A stretch of DNA of 64,000 nucleotides from NCBI GenBank assembly GCA_010909165.1, contig MU008220.1:62001-126000 (forward strand), written 5' to 3'. Both the position numbers and the translations under genes were made by a program. Below are positions 37,301 to 50,670 of the stretch, one piece after another (positions within the stretch are counted from its first letter, which is position 1; each line of letters starts with the position of its first letter). The notes beneath the pieces are model-generated. The model saw only the letters and a program-made list of their open reading frames with translations. It was not told the origin of the DNA and searched no databases. Origin of the DNA: Anthoceros angustus. Lineage: Eukaryota; Plantae; Anthocerotophyta.

Positions 37301-40300
37301 TTTGACAACACGTAGCCTTCTACATCTATTCCCTGAACCTCTCACAAAAGGCTTTCTTGATTCGTTGAAGGTTCTTTGAGTCTTGATAGTACTCCCTCTT
37401 GTACCACTTGGCTGGCCCTCCATGAAGAACTCCGTAGAAGAGGTGAATCTGCGATCCCAGTTCACGATTTGCAATGGTTAGTTGCTCAAAGCGTTCAACA
37501 AACTCTCGGATCTTCATACCCTTCTTCTCTCCATACGGTGGGTATGGGCTTGGTAGTTATTGCAAAAGGCTGAAGTCGCCATGACGTCGTCACTATCCGG
37601 CAACGATTGTTGGTCTAGCAACAGGATCTCTGTTAGCATACTGTCAAAAGTTCTTTGAGTTCACTGCCGCAAGTTGACGGTCGAGAAGACAAGGATGGTA
37701 TCGGTCCTAGGCACTGTTGCTTGCTTCTTGGCTCCTCCAGGACGTTGCTTTCTTGTGCTCTCCTCGCTCTCGATGCGACCCGCCGCCCTCGCTCCACGGC
37801 AGCGTTGTCTTCTTCTTGAGTCTTCTCTTCACGGTGAGTTAACTTTCGAGACTCAATGGGTAGCATCCATGTATCACACTCAAGACTCCCAATACACTAC
37901 TAGACAAGGTTAGTCTACTCTAAGGTCTTGACAACAATGACACTCCCCGGCAACGGCGCCAAAATGTGGAGTGATTTTCTAAACCAAGTGGTCACAAGAG
38001 GCCACATTTACCCTCTTTATAATCGTTGTAGACTTGAGATTCATACCCAAGGGAGTGATTTCGTGTCAAGACAACCAAAACATAGCCAATCCAACCAAAC
38101 ACAGACACACCAAACATCTAGCGATTCTGAGACGCTACTATCCTAACAACACTCGGACACATGGCTATCTTAGCCACGCGACCTTTGCTACCTTAGCAGA
38201 CCCGGTGCTATCTTAGCAACCACCCTCTATTTTAGCGTGGGGTCCACCTTGGGATCAGTGGCTATTAATAGAAGGTGGGACCCACTTGGGGATCCAAGTG
38301 GATAAGGTTGGACACCCTCTCTTATCTATCCACAAAGTTAGATCCACCAATCGAGTTAGCCACGTGTCACCTTTTCCACACACACTTTATGGACAACCTA
38401 AGCGGCCCTAACCTAATCTCTAAACCTAAACCTAGGACAACTCCGGCATAAAGGGTTGCGCTCACACAAACTACCCCTTTCTCTTGCTTCTTGAGACTTC
38501 CTTGTCTCTCCTCCAGCCTTTCTCACCTTCCAAGCTCCATACAGACCTCTCCAGCTCTCACCCTTGAGGTGCCTCTCGGATCCTCCACACTCTCCAAGTT
38601 TCCCCGGCAACTCTCTTCAACTCTCCTTGTTCTCACACCTCACTTTGCCCATTCAATCTCCACTTTCACAGCTCACAGCACCTCTCCGGTCCTTACAAGG
38701 TTCTCATCCAGGCCCTTACAGCACTTCACCAACTCTCAAAATACTTGTTCTACCTCCCAATCATTCCATCTCATCCACTCACGGGATCTTCAACCTCCAC
38801 TCACGGCTCTCTTCTTGACAACACAAACATCACTTACAGACTTCTCAGTCCTTCTTACTCCTCTCAAACAGCCAATCAGCAACTCTCCATGTCCGATTCT
38901 CCACTTCTCTCACAGTTCACTTTTCCTCTCATTTTCCAAACACACAAGCCCACTCCAACTCACTTGACTTCCTTGACTTCTCCTCCTCACACACACGGGC
39001 TCCCGCCTTCTCTTCTCCCACACCCGACCTCCAACACACACACTCAAAACACAAGGTGAGTACTAGACTAGGCTGAAGGGAATGAGGAAGAGTCTGGACC
39101 TCCCGGCTTCACAACCCCTTCCTCTTGACCTTGGAAACTCCCTCCAAGGAGACCTCAAGGCTCCCTCCCTTGCTTTCCACCACCCTTGCGGATCGGCCAC
39201 GGATCTAGGCAACAGTGGTCTTCTTCTTCTCTGTGACAAAGCGTGTCTAGACTTACGACCTTTGGATCTGGTACCCCCAAACCCCGTGCTCATTAACACA
39301 CCAAGACCTTAAACCAACATTGCTTACATTTCATCAAGATGCCTCTTATACCCAAGATCGACCCACAAAAGTAGCTTGGGCTTGCCAAAAATACCAATCG
39401 GTCTTAGCCTACCGGTCCTAGAGGCCTATCTCTTAATTACATCCACTAAGAGAGAAGATAAGATTCTGATCTACTCATAGCACATGGGCCTGACTATTTC
39501 AGGTCACTTACCCTATTATCTCTAGGCCTCCTAGGCCTCCTAGCCCATGCTCTCCTCCCTCTTGGCTGGTTGGGCAAACTCTCCACAAAATCTCCACCTC
39601 CTCGGCTGGACTCCTCCCTCTCTTGTGCTCATGACATAGCACAGTACTCCTCCTCGGTGAGCTCTTGAATCCTGGATGGGTCGGTGAAAGTCTCCTCCAT
39701 AAGAGTCCAACCCATAGGTAGGATCCGGTGCGTCAGGCATGGATCAAGCACCTCCATGTCCCCTTAGCGGCTGCTCTGCAGTACTGTCGACTCGGCCCGC
39801 CACTTGGCCCTATCAATTCACGTGCTCTTCCCAGCTTCTTGCGGCTGATCGCGGGCCCACGCCCTTGACCTCCTCCGGGGCTGCATGGCTGCACTTCCCA
39901 CCAGCTGCAGAGGCGGAATTTCCCCGCCTTTTCATTGCTCGATCCGCGGCATCTTGAGCGTTCTCCACACTTCATGCGGGTCGCTCCGTCACCTCGGCTC
40001 TTTCCAAGCCGTAGCTTTGGGTGCTGCCGCGGCTGACATCTGGCTGCAGCTTTCGGCCACCGCCGCATCCTCCCGAGCGTGCTACTCAAACCAAATTAAG
40101 TTCTTCGGCGCAGCTCTGGTACTCAGCGACTCAACTGTGACCCCGCGCCTTGTGACCCGTCCAGGCGTCAGCTCTCGGTCTCCCGACCAGTCGCACTCAA
40201 GATCGGCGCAGTCTTTCAGTCTGCTGGATTCGCTGAAGATACTCCTTGTCACTTCCCGCCGTTGGACTTAATTGCTAATAGGACCCCAGATTCGGATATT

Positions 40301-40553
40301 TCCTTTTGATTTCGCCCAAATAGGTTTTCAGAATTTATCGAAATAACTCCGACTTAGTCGCTACCAACAACGGGCTCGAGTCGGTTCTTTGTCATAACAA
40401 CAGTCTGTTAACAGCGGCCTAGCATTACGTCCGGCGGTAACCCTCCGAGATTACATCCGGGGATCGGGACTAGACTCTCTTCCTCCTACTAGGCTCTAGT
40501 AGACTTTACTTATTTCCTAACCTACTTCACATTCCAACTCCACGATTCTCACA
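34320..40553 (-). mobile_element. Athila-like Ty3/gypsy element, 3'-truncated within RT
   Basis: PBS TGGCGCCGTTGCCGGGGA (tRNA-Asp type) at 37944-37961. LTR from 37965 to ~40553 (outer end tentative). Gag remnants 37200-37560, knuckle ~36620-36665, protease LDTGS ~35480, RT FMEVFLDDFCVFG...HPEKCYFG. Confidence 0.85.
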
Positions 40554-43500
40554 ACAAACAAAAACAAAAAAACACTCCTTTTGAGAAGTGCAGTACCCAT
40601 GTGGTCACCACATGGGTGTGGTCGTGCGTAATGGATGCGTGGAGGCACGGCGGCGACACATATGTCTTTGTATCCTGCGGTGATGCAATAGTTTTGGACA
40701 TATGCGAGGAAGAAGTGAGGACATCTGAGGTGCAGGAAGGTCGGCGGACTTTGAGACGGTGGATATCGCAGAAGGGCTATGAGCATGGGATGGGCATCCT
40801 TGCATGACCCATGAAGTGACCGCAATCATGGATGGCTGCGTTGCAAGCGGTGGCACATAGCCACATGTGGAACAAAGGCAGCCACCTCGAGCGATGGGCG
40901 GACAAGCGTCGCGGAGTACAAAGGATAGTGCGGTGTGCAAAGTTTCTCATGGTAGGACGGTGGCGGCGACATTGAAGAGGGCGCCCGTTCTCACGGGACA
41001 TAGACAAATACTCGCTGCGGTTCGCATGAGTTTAAGCCAATTTTGTTGAAGGTTAGATGATGCAGTGTCGGCCGGGAGGGACAAGGCCATCGATCTGAAA
41101 GTCGTACCGGTTGACATTGTAAATACGGAGAAAGTTTGCGTCTATAGGGTGCGCTCAATAGATGGTCCGTTTGTGTGGCCATCGCGGTGGATGCATCTTG
41201 CATCCGGAGCGGGGATGAAAACATAGGCTGGGCCATCGCCGTACCCACGGCGGGGATGGAGAGGACGGAGGCGAGTGGGAGAGCCATATAGCGCATGGCA
41301 TGTGGCCTATACGTCGAGGCGGAACCTCCGGACTCTTGAGGAGCGTGTAATGGCTCCAATGGAGACAACAAAACCAACGTCACCGCAAGTACCGTGGTCT
41401 TGATGGCGGTGTTCACATGGCAACGATTATCGGCAATATGCATTGATGACCTTCGGCACTCAATTGTGGGCAAGGGACTACAAGTTGTCGTAATATAAAA
41501 CACTAGTCATTATGGCGAAGGAGAAAGAGCACGTGAGGGGCGATCTCCGTGAAAAATAAAACGGTAGCCAACCACTTTTACAAACAAAGGCTTTCCATAT
41601 GAAGAGCTTTGAATTTTGGCATGGCGACCCTTGGCAACTATCGGAAGGGCAAGCCAATGCCTTGACATGGCGGTGGCGTCCGTGAGCAGGGCAATGGCGG
41701 CGCGTCGAAGGTGAGTTTGCAGACATCGTATACCACCGCTAGGAGCACCAGCATCGGCGCGTCGTGAGCAAATCCGTAGGTGGGTGGGGAGGATGAGAGG
41801 GCAAGCTCGTCTCGAGCTACCTCGCTCATCCACCCCAGCCACCTAACACTCGATCAGGCCGTGCGCACCACCGCGTCCCACATAGACACAGAGTTGTGAG
41901 GGACAGAACATGGCGGCCGAACCAATGGCGGTTGAGGACATGGAGACGTGGAATATCCCAGGCCCGACAGGCGGACTTGGAGCATTGCGTCCGTGAATTG
42001 AACGAAGTGGATGATGATGCTTTGCTGTCACATGAGGTGGGTGTTTCGAGACTAGATTGACAAGAACGTCTTGTTCCGAAATTGTAGACACGTTGATGCA
42101 GTTTGCTTGGCGGACGTTGCGGTGCACCTTGGCATGTTGGCAGCTGTTCATGCAGCATGACATGTGGAGGCAGCCCATGGCAGCACGGGAGGTGGTTGGG
42201 CTGCGAGGCATAAGGCGTGGGCAGGCGGGGCAACCAGCGTGGTGGGCGGCGCCAAGCCTGCCCTGAGCCCCGGATGAGGAATGGCGACGGCAATTTCGGC
42301 GGGGAGGTGTGATGACAAGGGGGAGGTGTCTGCGGTGGATGGTGATGGAGTGGTGTGAGGTGGACAACGATGCAGTGACGACCTTGATAAAAGGAATGGC
42401 GTGAAATGGTGAAGGAGGCAATGCAAAAGCAAAGGACGGGGAAGGGAATCCGATGTTGTTGAAGTGCGAAGCAAGGCCTGAGGCTAGTGAGGACAAAGGT
42501 TGTGAATGAGCGGGGAACATGGCAAGATGGCGCGGCGTTAGGGGAGAAGGCAGTTAGTGAAATCGGTGTCGGAAGCCTTCCCGACAGTGGTGAAGTCCAA
42601 CATAAGCCGACACTTCCTGATGACGCCGCGCAATTCTCGATGTGTGGAGGCGCAAAGCGGCATTAGAGGAAGGGAGCGGAGGGAGGAGGCGGGTAAGCCG
42701 AGCATGGTGGGCGAGGAGGAGTGGGAAGATGCCCTTGCACAGGCTCGGATGGGCTGTGAAGCAGGAAGTTGAGCCATGAGTATGAACTTGCGGCAAGAGG
42801 CTGGCCAAAAGCGGAGGATGGGGCCAAACCCTTGGGGAAGGGAGGCGTCTTTGGATGGGTGCTTGGTTTGAGAAGAAGCATGGTAGGTACCCAACGAAGA
42901 GGAGGCTGAATTTGGGAGGCGAGAGGGCGATCTCCATGCAACCTCTGTGGGCGGTTCGCGATAAGGGGCGGTCATCCCGGAGTTCATACGGGTAAGACAT
43001 GGAATAGCGAACCACCCGGAGGTTCGAGGCTATGCCAGGAGAACAAGGAGATGACAATTTTGTTGAGCGACATGGAATTGGAGATGGATCCGGATCGGTG
43101 GCATTTAGGGCGAAGGATGGAAGGCAGGCGCCCTGCGGGAGGTGGTGGTGTGGATGTGGGGGGATAAGTAGGAGGGCGGTGGGAGTAGAATGCATTGGGA
43201 GAGGAGGCGAGACAAAACGCGGAGGGGAGGGGCGGCGGGCTTGAACCATGAAGGTGGGATGGTGCGGATGGTGGAAGCAGTGTCGGGAGGAGGCTATCAC
43301 GAGCAATGTGATCGTGGTGCGGCGGCGCCACGATCAGAGTGATGGAGCGTCCATGCACGGTGATAGTGTGAATGAAGAGTGTGAGAATGTGTAGGGAGAG
43401 GCGGCGGCGGACTCGTGGGGGGTGCCGTCACCGTCAAGTTGACCATGGCGTAGGCGAGGAGGACTTGGAATCATGTGGCGGGGCCGATTCACGGAAGGAG

Positions 43501-44829
43501 GGTGTGTCAAGAGGGCAGCGGTGGTAAAGGCGTGTGTTGGGAGGTGCCGTCACGCGCCTAGTAATGACCAGCGCACATTGTGGAAGATGGGGTCGGAGGG
43601 AGTGGCGAGGCCGTGAGACATGAGGATGGAATCGGAGGCGGATGTTACATGGCAGAGAGGCAATTGTGTCGTCACCGGCAAGGGGAGGCATGGGTCAGCG
43701 TGGGCTGCGAACAAAGTGGGAGTGGGAGGCGGGTGGCGAATGGAGGAGGGGGGGTCCATGGCGAAGCCATGGTCGTGGTGGGGGCCAAAAGGCGGTGGCA
43801 GCCATGAGGGAATTTTCGAGGGAGGAGAAAGAGGCAGCAAAGGGTACATGTGATGGCGAAGACAACGATGGCGCGAGATGAGGGCGACATTGAGGCGTGC
43901 CTAACCGTGCAGACACATACACAGCGCACTCCGGAAAGCATGGACCTCCAGTGAGGCCCCATTGGAAAGCTGACAAAGGTGGAGGCCGAAAGAGGAAAGC
44001 GGGGAGGTGCGGTGGAGGCATCGGCGGGGCCGTGTGACGGGCACAGGCGCCACAGTGAAAGAGCGAGGATGGAAGGAGGCGGATGGTGGGCAAGAGGTAC
44101 ATAAGAAAGCGGATGGAGGAAGGTAAGCAATTGAAGGTCGTTGTGCACACCTCTATATCTTGCACATGTCTTGAAGGGCATGCTGCGATGTGTGCCGTGG
44201 AGTGCGTGCGGAGGCGGAAGGAGATGGATCACGATGGAAAGGGCAAAGGTCGAGACGCAAGAGGAAGGGAGGAAGAAAATCGCAAAGCAGGGGTTGTAGG
44301 AGGTTTCCTTCTCATGCATACGATGAGGAGTAGGAAATTAGAAATGATGAAGGGCCATGTATGGAGCCAAAAGAACCCGGCGCATAGCCGCTAAGCACGC
44401 GAGAAGGACAAACTAGTAAATCATGCGGTGATAAGAAGGTGGGCGAGCCATGGCAAGGCGCCGATGGGCATGGGGACAGCTGGGCACGTGCGCCCGCTAG
44501 AAGGTAGGTTCGCGACAGGATACACAAAAATAGGCCGGTGAAATGTGGGATGTATGTATCCTGAGGTTTTCGAATGATGAATACAAAGTATAGTATCACG
44601 GCGTGTACAATTATGTATCATTAGCGTATAATGTGTTTTATACAAAATGAAATATAACGTATATCACGAAATTATCGTATATTACATATATCAATACGAT
44701 TATTATCTGTATGTGTACATGTATTTATTTATATGTATTCATACGAGGTAATAAGAAACCAAGTATTCTATATGGTAAATGTAGTAAAGGAGGAAGGTAG
44801 ATGGGGAGGAGGTTCGGTGCAAGCCTCCA

Positions 44830-45093
44830 AAAGTGTTACAAGACTTTTCTTGTAACACTTTATATTGTCGTGTTGCAATCTTGAGAGAGGACAAAAGCGC
44901 CTCTCACTTCATCTCAACATAATTGCAACACCTTGCAACATGGTTGCAACAAACACTCGGTTTGGTTTCCAAGCCAAAGTGTAACAAGCGGCCCAAAAAG
45001 TGTTACATGACCCCAAAATTGCAACATAAGTGTTACATCCAGGGGTCCAAATCTTAACATAAAGTGTAACATGGGCTGCCTTTTCTAGTAGGG
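44830..45093 (-). mobile_element. CACTA/CMC-type transposon terminus (CCCTACTAGAAAA) with subterminal repeats
   Basis: TTTTCTAGTAGGG at 45081-45093, preceded by many TGTTACA/TGTAACA/TTGCAAC motifs in both orientations. c4 integrase sequence stops exactly here. The other end was not found. Confidence 0.7.
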
Positions 45094-45578
45094 AAGCATC
45101 ATGTCTGTCTCTGCACCATGGGGAGCCATTCCTGGAATACTACGAAGGTATCCGACTTCATATGGATTGGGTAAGTCCAAGAATATCTACTAAAATGATC
45201 AGTGATTGTGAGATAATACTGTGCTCCATCAAGTGAGGAGACATGGATCTTGCCTGAGATATCGGAATGTACTAACTTTAAAGGTTGAGTAGCTCGATGA
45301 GCCATTTGCTTTGGAAAGGGCATTAATGAAATGTTTAATTATATAATATGCTTATAAACAGACTTACGGTTACATTAGAATAACCGTTAATGCCCTTGTA
45401 TATAAACAATTAGTTTTATCAATAATAACTGTTCTCTCTTTTTCTCTTGCGCGCGTCTGCCTCGCATCCGCTCTCGTGCCCCCTGGCACGGATCGCTTTA
45501 TGGTATCAGAGCCATGGATTTGATCTAAGCTTGGTGCGGCGGTGCAGTTGGATAGCATCCCATGCCCAATCTTCAGAC

Positions 45579-46265
45579 ATGCCGAGGCGCAGAGTTGTGA
45601 CTCATTCGTCACGCCGGAGCAACCCGATTCCCCATCCTCAAACGAATCGCGGCGTCATTTGCTCAGGCTGTCTCATTAAACGGAGCACACAACTTTGGCG
45701 AAAGCCTGAACACCAGCAGGATTGTGAGATCATACCTGACCTTTCCTGCTGTGAGTTCGGAGACAAGGGCGCGAACGCGAAGGGATCAGATCTCATATCT
45801 GATCTGACCACGGAGCTTCATCGGCGTCAACAGTTGACTCGCAAGCCTGAAGAACTCAAGGAAGCCCACGAGGTCATCCGCAGGCAATCCTCACTGATTC
45901 AGGGCCTGAGTGAAGCTATTAAAGACCTTTACCTTACTTGCGAGGCTCATAACATCCTGGAGCAAGGGCGTGTTCGGAAGGCTGGGTGTGATGTCTCTAA
46001 CCGCGTGAAAGCGCATCAGTGTCTCTGATTGAGCGCAGGCATGCCAAGCCCTGAGGATGATGTAGATGACGAACTCAACGATGCAGATGCGGGCTTCGTG
46101 AGTGAAGATGTTGGGCAATCTTATCTCCTCAGCTGGTCGACTTACGGACTTGGCGCATCTTCGCCGGCTCGGGCTTGGAGGGCTTGCGCTTCCTGCGAAT
46201 CTTTGGTTTCATCGGATATCCAGGTTACAGGGTACAGCAGATTTCTTTGGGTCTCTAGGCTTTGA
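45579..46265 (+). CDS. Putative extra sense ORF in the c2 leader (one in-frame stop at 46026-46028)
   Basis: ORFs 45447-46028 and 46029-46265 are contiguous in one frame, with a Cys cluster (CSGC...DC...CC), a coiled-coil-like segment and an acidic EDDVDDELND patch. Confidence 0.45.
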
Positions 46266-46387
46266 CAGTGCATGCAACACGGTAGCGTCTTCACATCGAG
46301 GCAGAACCACACACACACTGGTTCGATTGGGCGTAGATTTCGACTTTTGCCTCCAATCCTCTTGGAGCGGTTTCTTCATTACAACCT

Positions 46388-49300
46388 ATGGCTGGAACGA
46401 TTGTCCCTGGCACTTTGAAGATTGAGTTCAAAGACCGGGATCGTTTTAATGGCACGGACTATAGTGTTTGGGCCATGAGGATCTCACAGATCCTGGAGGA
46501 ACATGAACTTATGTCGGTGGTGGATGGTTCAGAACCGATGCCTACACCGACTAATCTTAATGCTGCAGATGTTCTTGCCTGGAAGCGTAAGGATAGGCGA
46601 GCCAGGTCTATCCTTATAGGCTCTCTGGACCGCAATATGATGCCTCATACACTAGAAGCTGCAACCTCTGCAGCAGTATGGAATAATTTTATGTTGATTT
46701 ACAAGGACAGGAGCTCAGCATCACTCATCCACGCCTTTAGGGACTTCTTCACTATGCGCATGAAGGAGAATGATACGGTTGAATCTTATATCAACAAGTT
46801 TCGCACTAAGCGAGCAGATCTTGCATATTGTGGCACAACACTCGGCACGAACAGTGGCCACTCTTGTGCTGCGAGAGCTATAAGCATTTTATCAGCTCAC
46901 AGTGCCATAATAAGAGCGGCGGGGACAGTGCTGCGGCGGAGTCAACCATCATCCACATTGGAAGAGGTCTTCGGTGCCTTACTTTCTGAGGAGCGACAAC
47001 GAGGCCTACAGAAGAATAAGGCATCTACACCTAACGACACTAGAGTGTTATACTCCTCCAGAGGGAGAGGCGGAGCCTTTCGTGGACGTGGACGTGGTAG
47101 AGGCTCTTCAATGGCGGCTAAGCAGCCCAACTTGCAGAGGAAGACATTTACATGTAACTGGTGTAAAATACCTGGTCATTTCGAGAAGGATTGTAGGAAG
47201 AAGAAGGCAGGTGAGCCACGTAGGGAATCACCTCCTGGAGAGTCCATCTACCTAACCACCAAGAATGGTGTTCCTCAAAGATCTCCTTCTATTTTAGCTG
47301 TGTGTCTTTCCTCCATACAGATTCAGAATGATATGTGGTTTTTAGATTCAGGGGCTACAAGTCATATCTGTTTTGACAGGAGAGCATTTAGTGACTTTGT
47401 ACCCTCCCAAGACAACAAACAATTTGTTTTGCTGGGGGATGATAGTGGCTTGGCCATCAAGGGAACCGGTACAGTGAGTGTGGTCCTCCCAGATAGTTCC
47501 TATCTTGTGCTGACTGGAGTCCTTTTCGTCCCTGCTATGACTAAAAACCTCATGTCAGTCCTTAAGCTTTCTCAAGAGCATGGCTGTCGAATCTGTTTTG
47601 ATCACAATGGTTGTTCAGTCACCAACTTATCTGACTGGGGAGAGTTATTTACTGGCACACCTTATAATGACCTGTATCTCTTAGATGTTCGTACCTACAT
47701 CACAGTGCCCACAGCTCAGTCTGTTAGTTCATCACCCTTTTCCCCTACTCAGCTGTGGCATTGTCGTTTAGGTCACGTTAATTTCCAGAAGCTCTCCTCT
47801 CTTGTCAAAAGTGACAGTTTTCGAGATCCTTTAAGCTTCTCGTTTGATGAGCATGCTTTCTGTGATGCCTGTCAGACAAGCAAAGCTATCTCACAGCCTT
47901 ACAAGGATAAGAACCTGTCCAGAGCTCCTTGTCTCCTTCATACGATCCACAGCGACATATGTGGATCTATGTCCACCTCATCTTTTGGTGGAGGTTTGTA
48001 TTTTATAACCTTTATTGATGAGTGGAGCAGATATACTACAGTCTACATTCTACAACACAAGAGCGAAGCACTGTCAGCCTTTAAACAATACCTCCATGCT
48101 GCTGAAAGGCTGACAGGTGCCAAGGTTAGAATACTACGTACAGACAATGGAGGTGAGTACGTTAGTCATGCATTCAGAGAGTTTTGTGTGACAGAGGGAG
48201 TTCAACACCAGTTTACGGTGCCTTACACACCTGCCCAGAATGCCTTTGCAGAGCGGAAGAACAGGACACTGCAAGAGGCCACATTGTCCAGTTTGTCTTT
48301 TGCTGGACTGACTCGTGGATACTGGGCAGAGGCTCTTGTAGCCGCCAATTATGTGCAGAATAGGTTACCCACCAAGGAGCTTGGTTTGGTGACACCTTAT
48401 GAAAGGTGGACGGGGAAGAAGCCGCGTATTCAACATCTTCGGATATTTGGTGCTCCAGCTTATGCTCTTGTGCCTTCAGCATTACGCACAAAGCTTGACC
48501 CCAAGGCTGTCCGACGTATCTTCGTTGGCTACTCGGATGACGTCAAGGGCTATAAGCTGTTTGATCCTCGCACATGCCAGATATCCTTTGCACGAAGTGT
48601 GGTATTTCATGAAGCAGCTCTTCTTCGTCGCCATCACGCCATTTTATCACCTGCTGCTCCTCCTCCTCAGATCTCTGTACATGGTGTTGATGATTCGGCT
48701 GACTTTGGTGATGAGGCTGATATCTCCTTCTTTGATCTTGCTTTTACGGAGGATTCAGGTTCTACTTCTTGACGAGAACCCAACACAGCAACAAGCTGTT
48801 AGTCAATGATGAGTCACTGCACCACCTCACCATCACCTTTCTTCCTCACCTCCAGTTCCATCAGCAGCCTCCCCTTTATCAGATGAGTCTTCTCCTTTTG
48901 TTGTTGAGCCTGCTGTTGAGGAAGCCATTGAAGTTGCTGAACCTCCTGACTCACCACCTCCTCTTCGCAGGTCCTCGCGTATACGTCGTCCTATGTCAGA
49001 GTGGGCCGAGCCACCCTTTGTAGCTGGTTCTGTTTCCCAGTCTACACCTCAGGCTCGAGCCTATAGCATTGTCAATTCCCTCGGGGAACCTGCTACATAC
49101 CAGGAAGCTATAACAGGTCCTGAGTCTGCACACTGGCGTAAGGCCATTGAGTCTGAATACAACTCTCTGATTGACAACAAGACATGGACTTTGGTAGATT
49201 TGCCCCCAGGTCGCAAGCCTGTAGCTTGCAAATGGGTTTTCAAGAAAAAGCTAAACACTGATGGCAGTGTGGGTAGATACAAAGCTAGGCTAGTTGCTAA

Positions 49301-50647
49301 AGGGTACAGCCAAGTTGAGGGTCTAGATTATAACGAGACCTTTGCCCCAGTAGTAAAGTCTACCTCAATTAGAAAACTCCTGGCTTTAGCAGCCCAGTTT
49401 GATCTCTTGGTGCATCAGCTAGACGTTAAAACAACTTTCCTTAATGGATCCTTAGAAGAAGAGATTTTTATGGCTCAGCCAGAAGGGTATGTTGTTGATC
49501 CAGCCAAAGTTTGTAAGCTACTAAAAACTCTTTATGGCCTGAAACAGTCTTCCAGAGCCTGGAATGAGACTTTTCATGCCTTACTTATAGAGCTGGGCTT
49601 TACCTGTTTAACAGCAGACACAAGCGTGTACATACTATGGGATGGTGATGACTTTATAATCCTGACGGTGTATGTTGATGATAACTTCCTTTTTTGTACC
49701 TCAGCAGCGCTTATGGAAAGGATCAAAAAGGTTCTTTTATCTAGATTCGAGATGACTGACCTTGGACAGCTTTCCTTTTCTCTTGGTGTACGATTCCACT
49801 TTGACAGTAGGAATCATTGTATCGACATACATCGAGCATTTAGGTACCTTGATTACTAGAGCAGCTTCAACATGGAGGATTATGGCTTTATCCCTCCCAT
49901 GTCTACTGGCGAAAAGCTTTCAAAGGCGATGTCCACCACTCGAGCAATGCAAAAAAGCCATATAGGCGCGATTGGTTGTCTTATATACCTGGCTGCTTGG
50001 ACACGTTTAAATATTTCAAGGGCAGTAAGCAATGTTTCACAGTTCCTTGAAAATCCAGGAGAAGCGCATTGGTCTGCCGTGAAAAGGATATTCCATTATC
50101 TTAAGGGAACTCCACGATATGGCCTGCGATATGCAAAGCGAGGCGATGGGCTACGCCATCGGCTCGTGATCTTTGGTGGTAGGACCCAGACACACGTAGA
50201 AGTGTAGCAGCCTATTGCAACATGTTAGGTGGATCAGTGATATCTTGGAGCAGCAAGAAACTTGCCACCATATGCTTGTCATCTACGGAAGCGGAGTATG
50301 GGGCCCTTTCACAGGCTGCGAGGGAGATTTTATGGATAAGGTCCTTTCTTAGAGGTTTGCAACAACTCAGTCCTGGAGCAACGAAGCTCTGGTGTGACAA
50401 CCAGTTAGCTATTGCGCTATCCAGGAACCCAGTTTTTCATGCACGAAGCAAACATATAGAGATCACTCACCATTTTATAAGGCAAGCTGCAGGCACGGGT
50501 GAAGTTACAGTTGAGTACATACCTACTGGAGAGAATGTAGCCGATTTGTTGACAAAGGCATTGCCCAAGCCTTTACATCAGAAGCATATGGCGTCTACAG
50601 GTTTACATCTAGTGCCTGCTTCTACAAAACATGGTAAAGCTCATTAA
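46388..50647 (+). pseudogene. c2 gag-pol (794-aa open gag-PR-INT; RT/RH frameshifted)
   Basis: CNWCKIPGHFEKDC, WFLDSGA, WHCRLGH, RTDNGGEY, YKARLVAKG, YVDD, RSKHIE. Confidence 0.95.
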
Positions 50648-50670
50648 CACTTGCTCCCTTGCTGGTTGGT

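Noticed and set aside
37895-37909. CACTACTAGACAAGG as the partner TIR of the 45093 terminus
   Set aside because: It lies inside the Athila leader next to the PBS, has no subterminal repeats and no matching AAG TSD.
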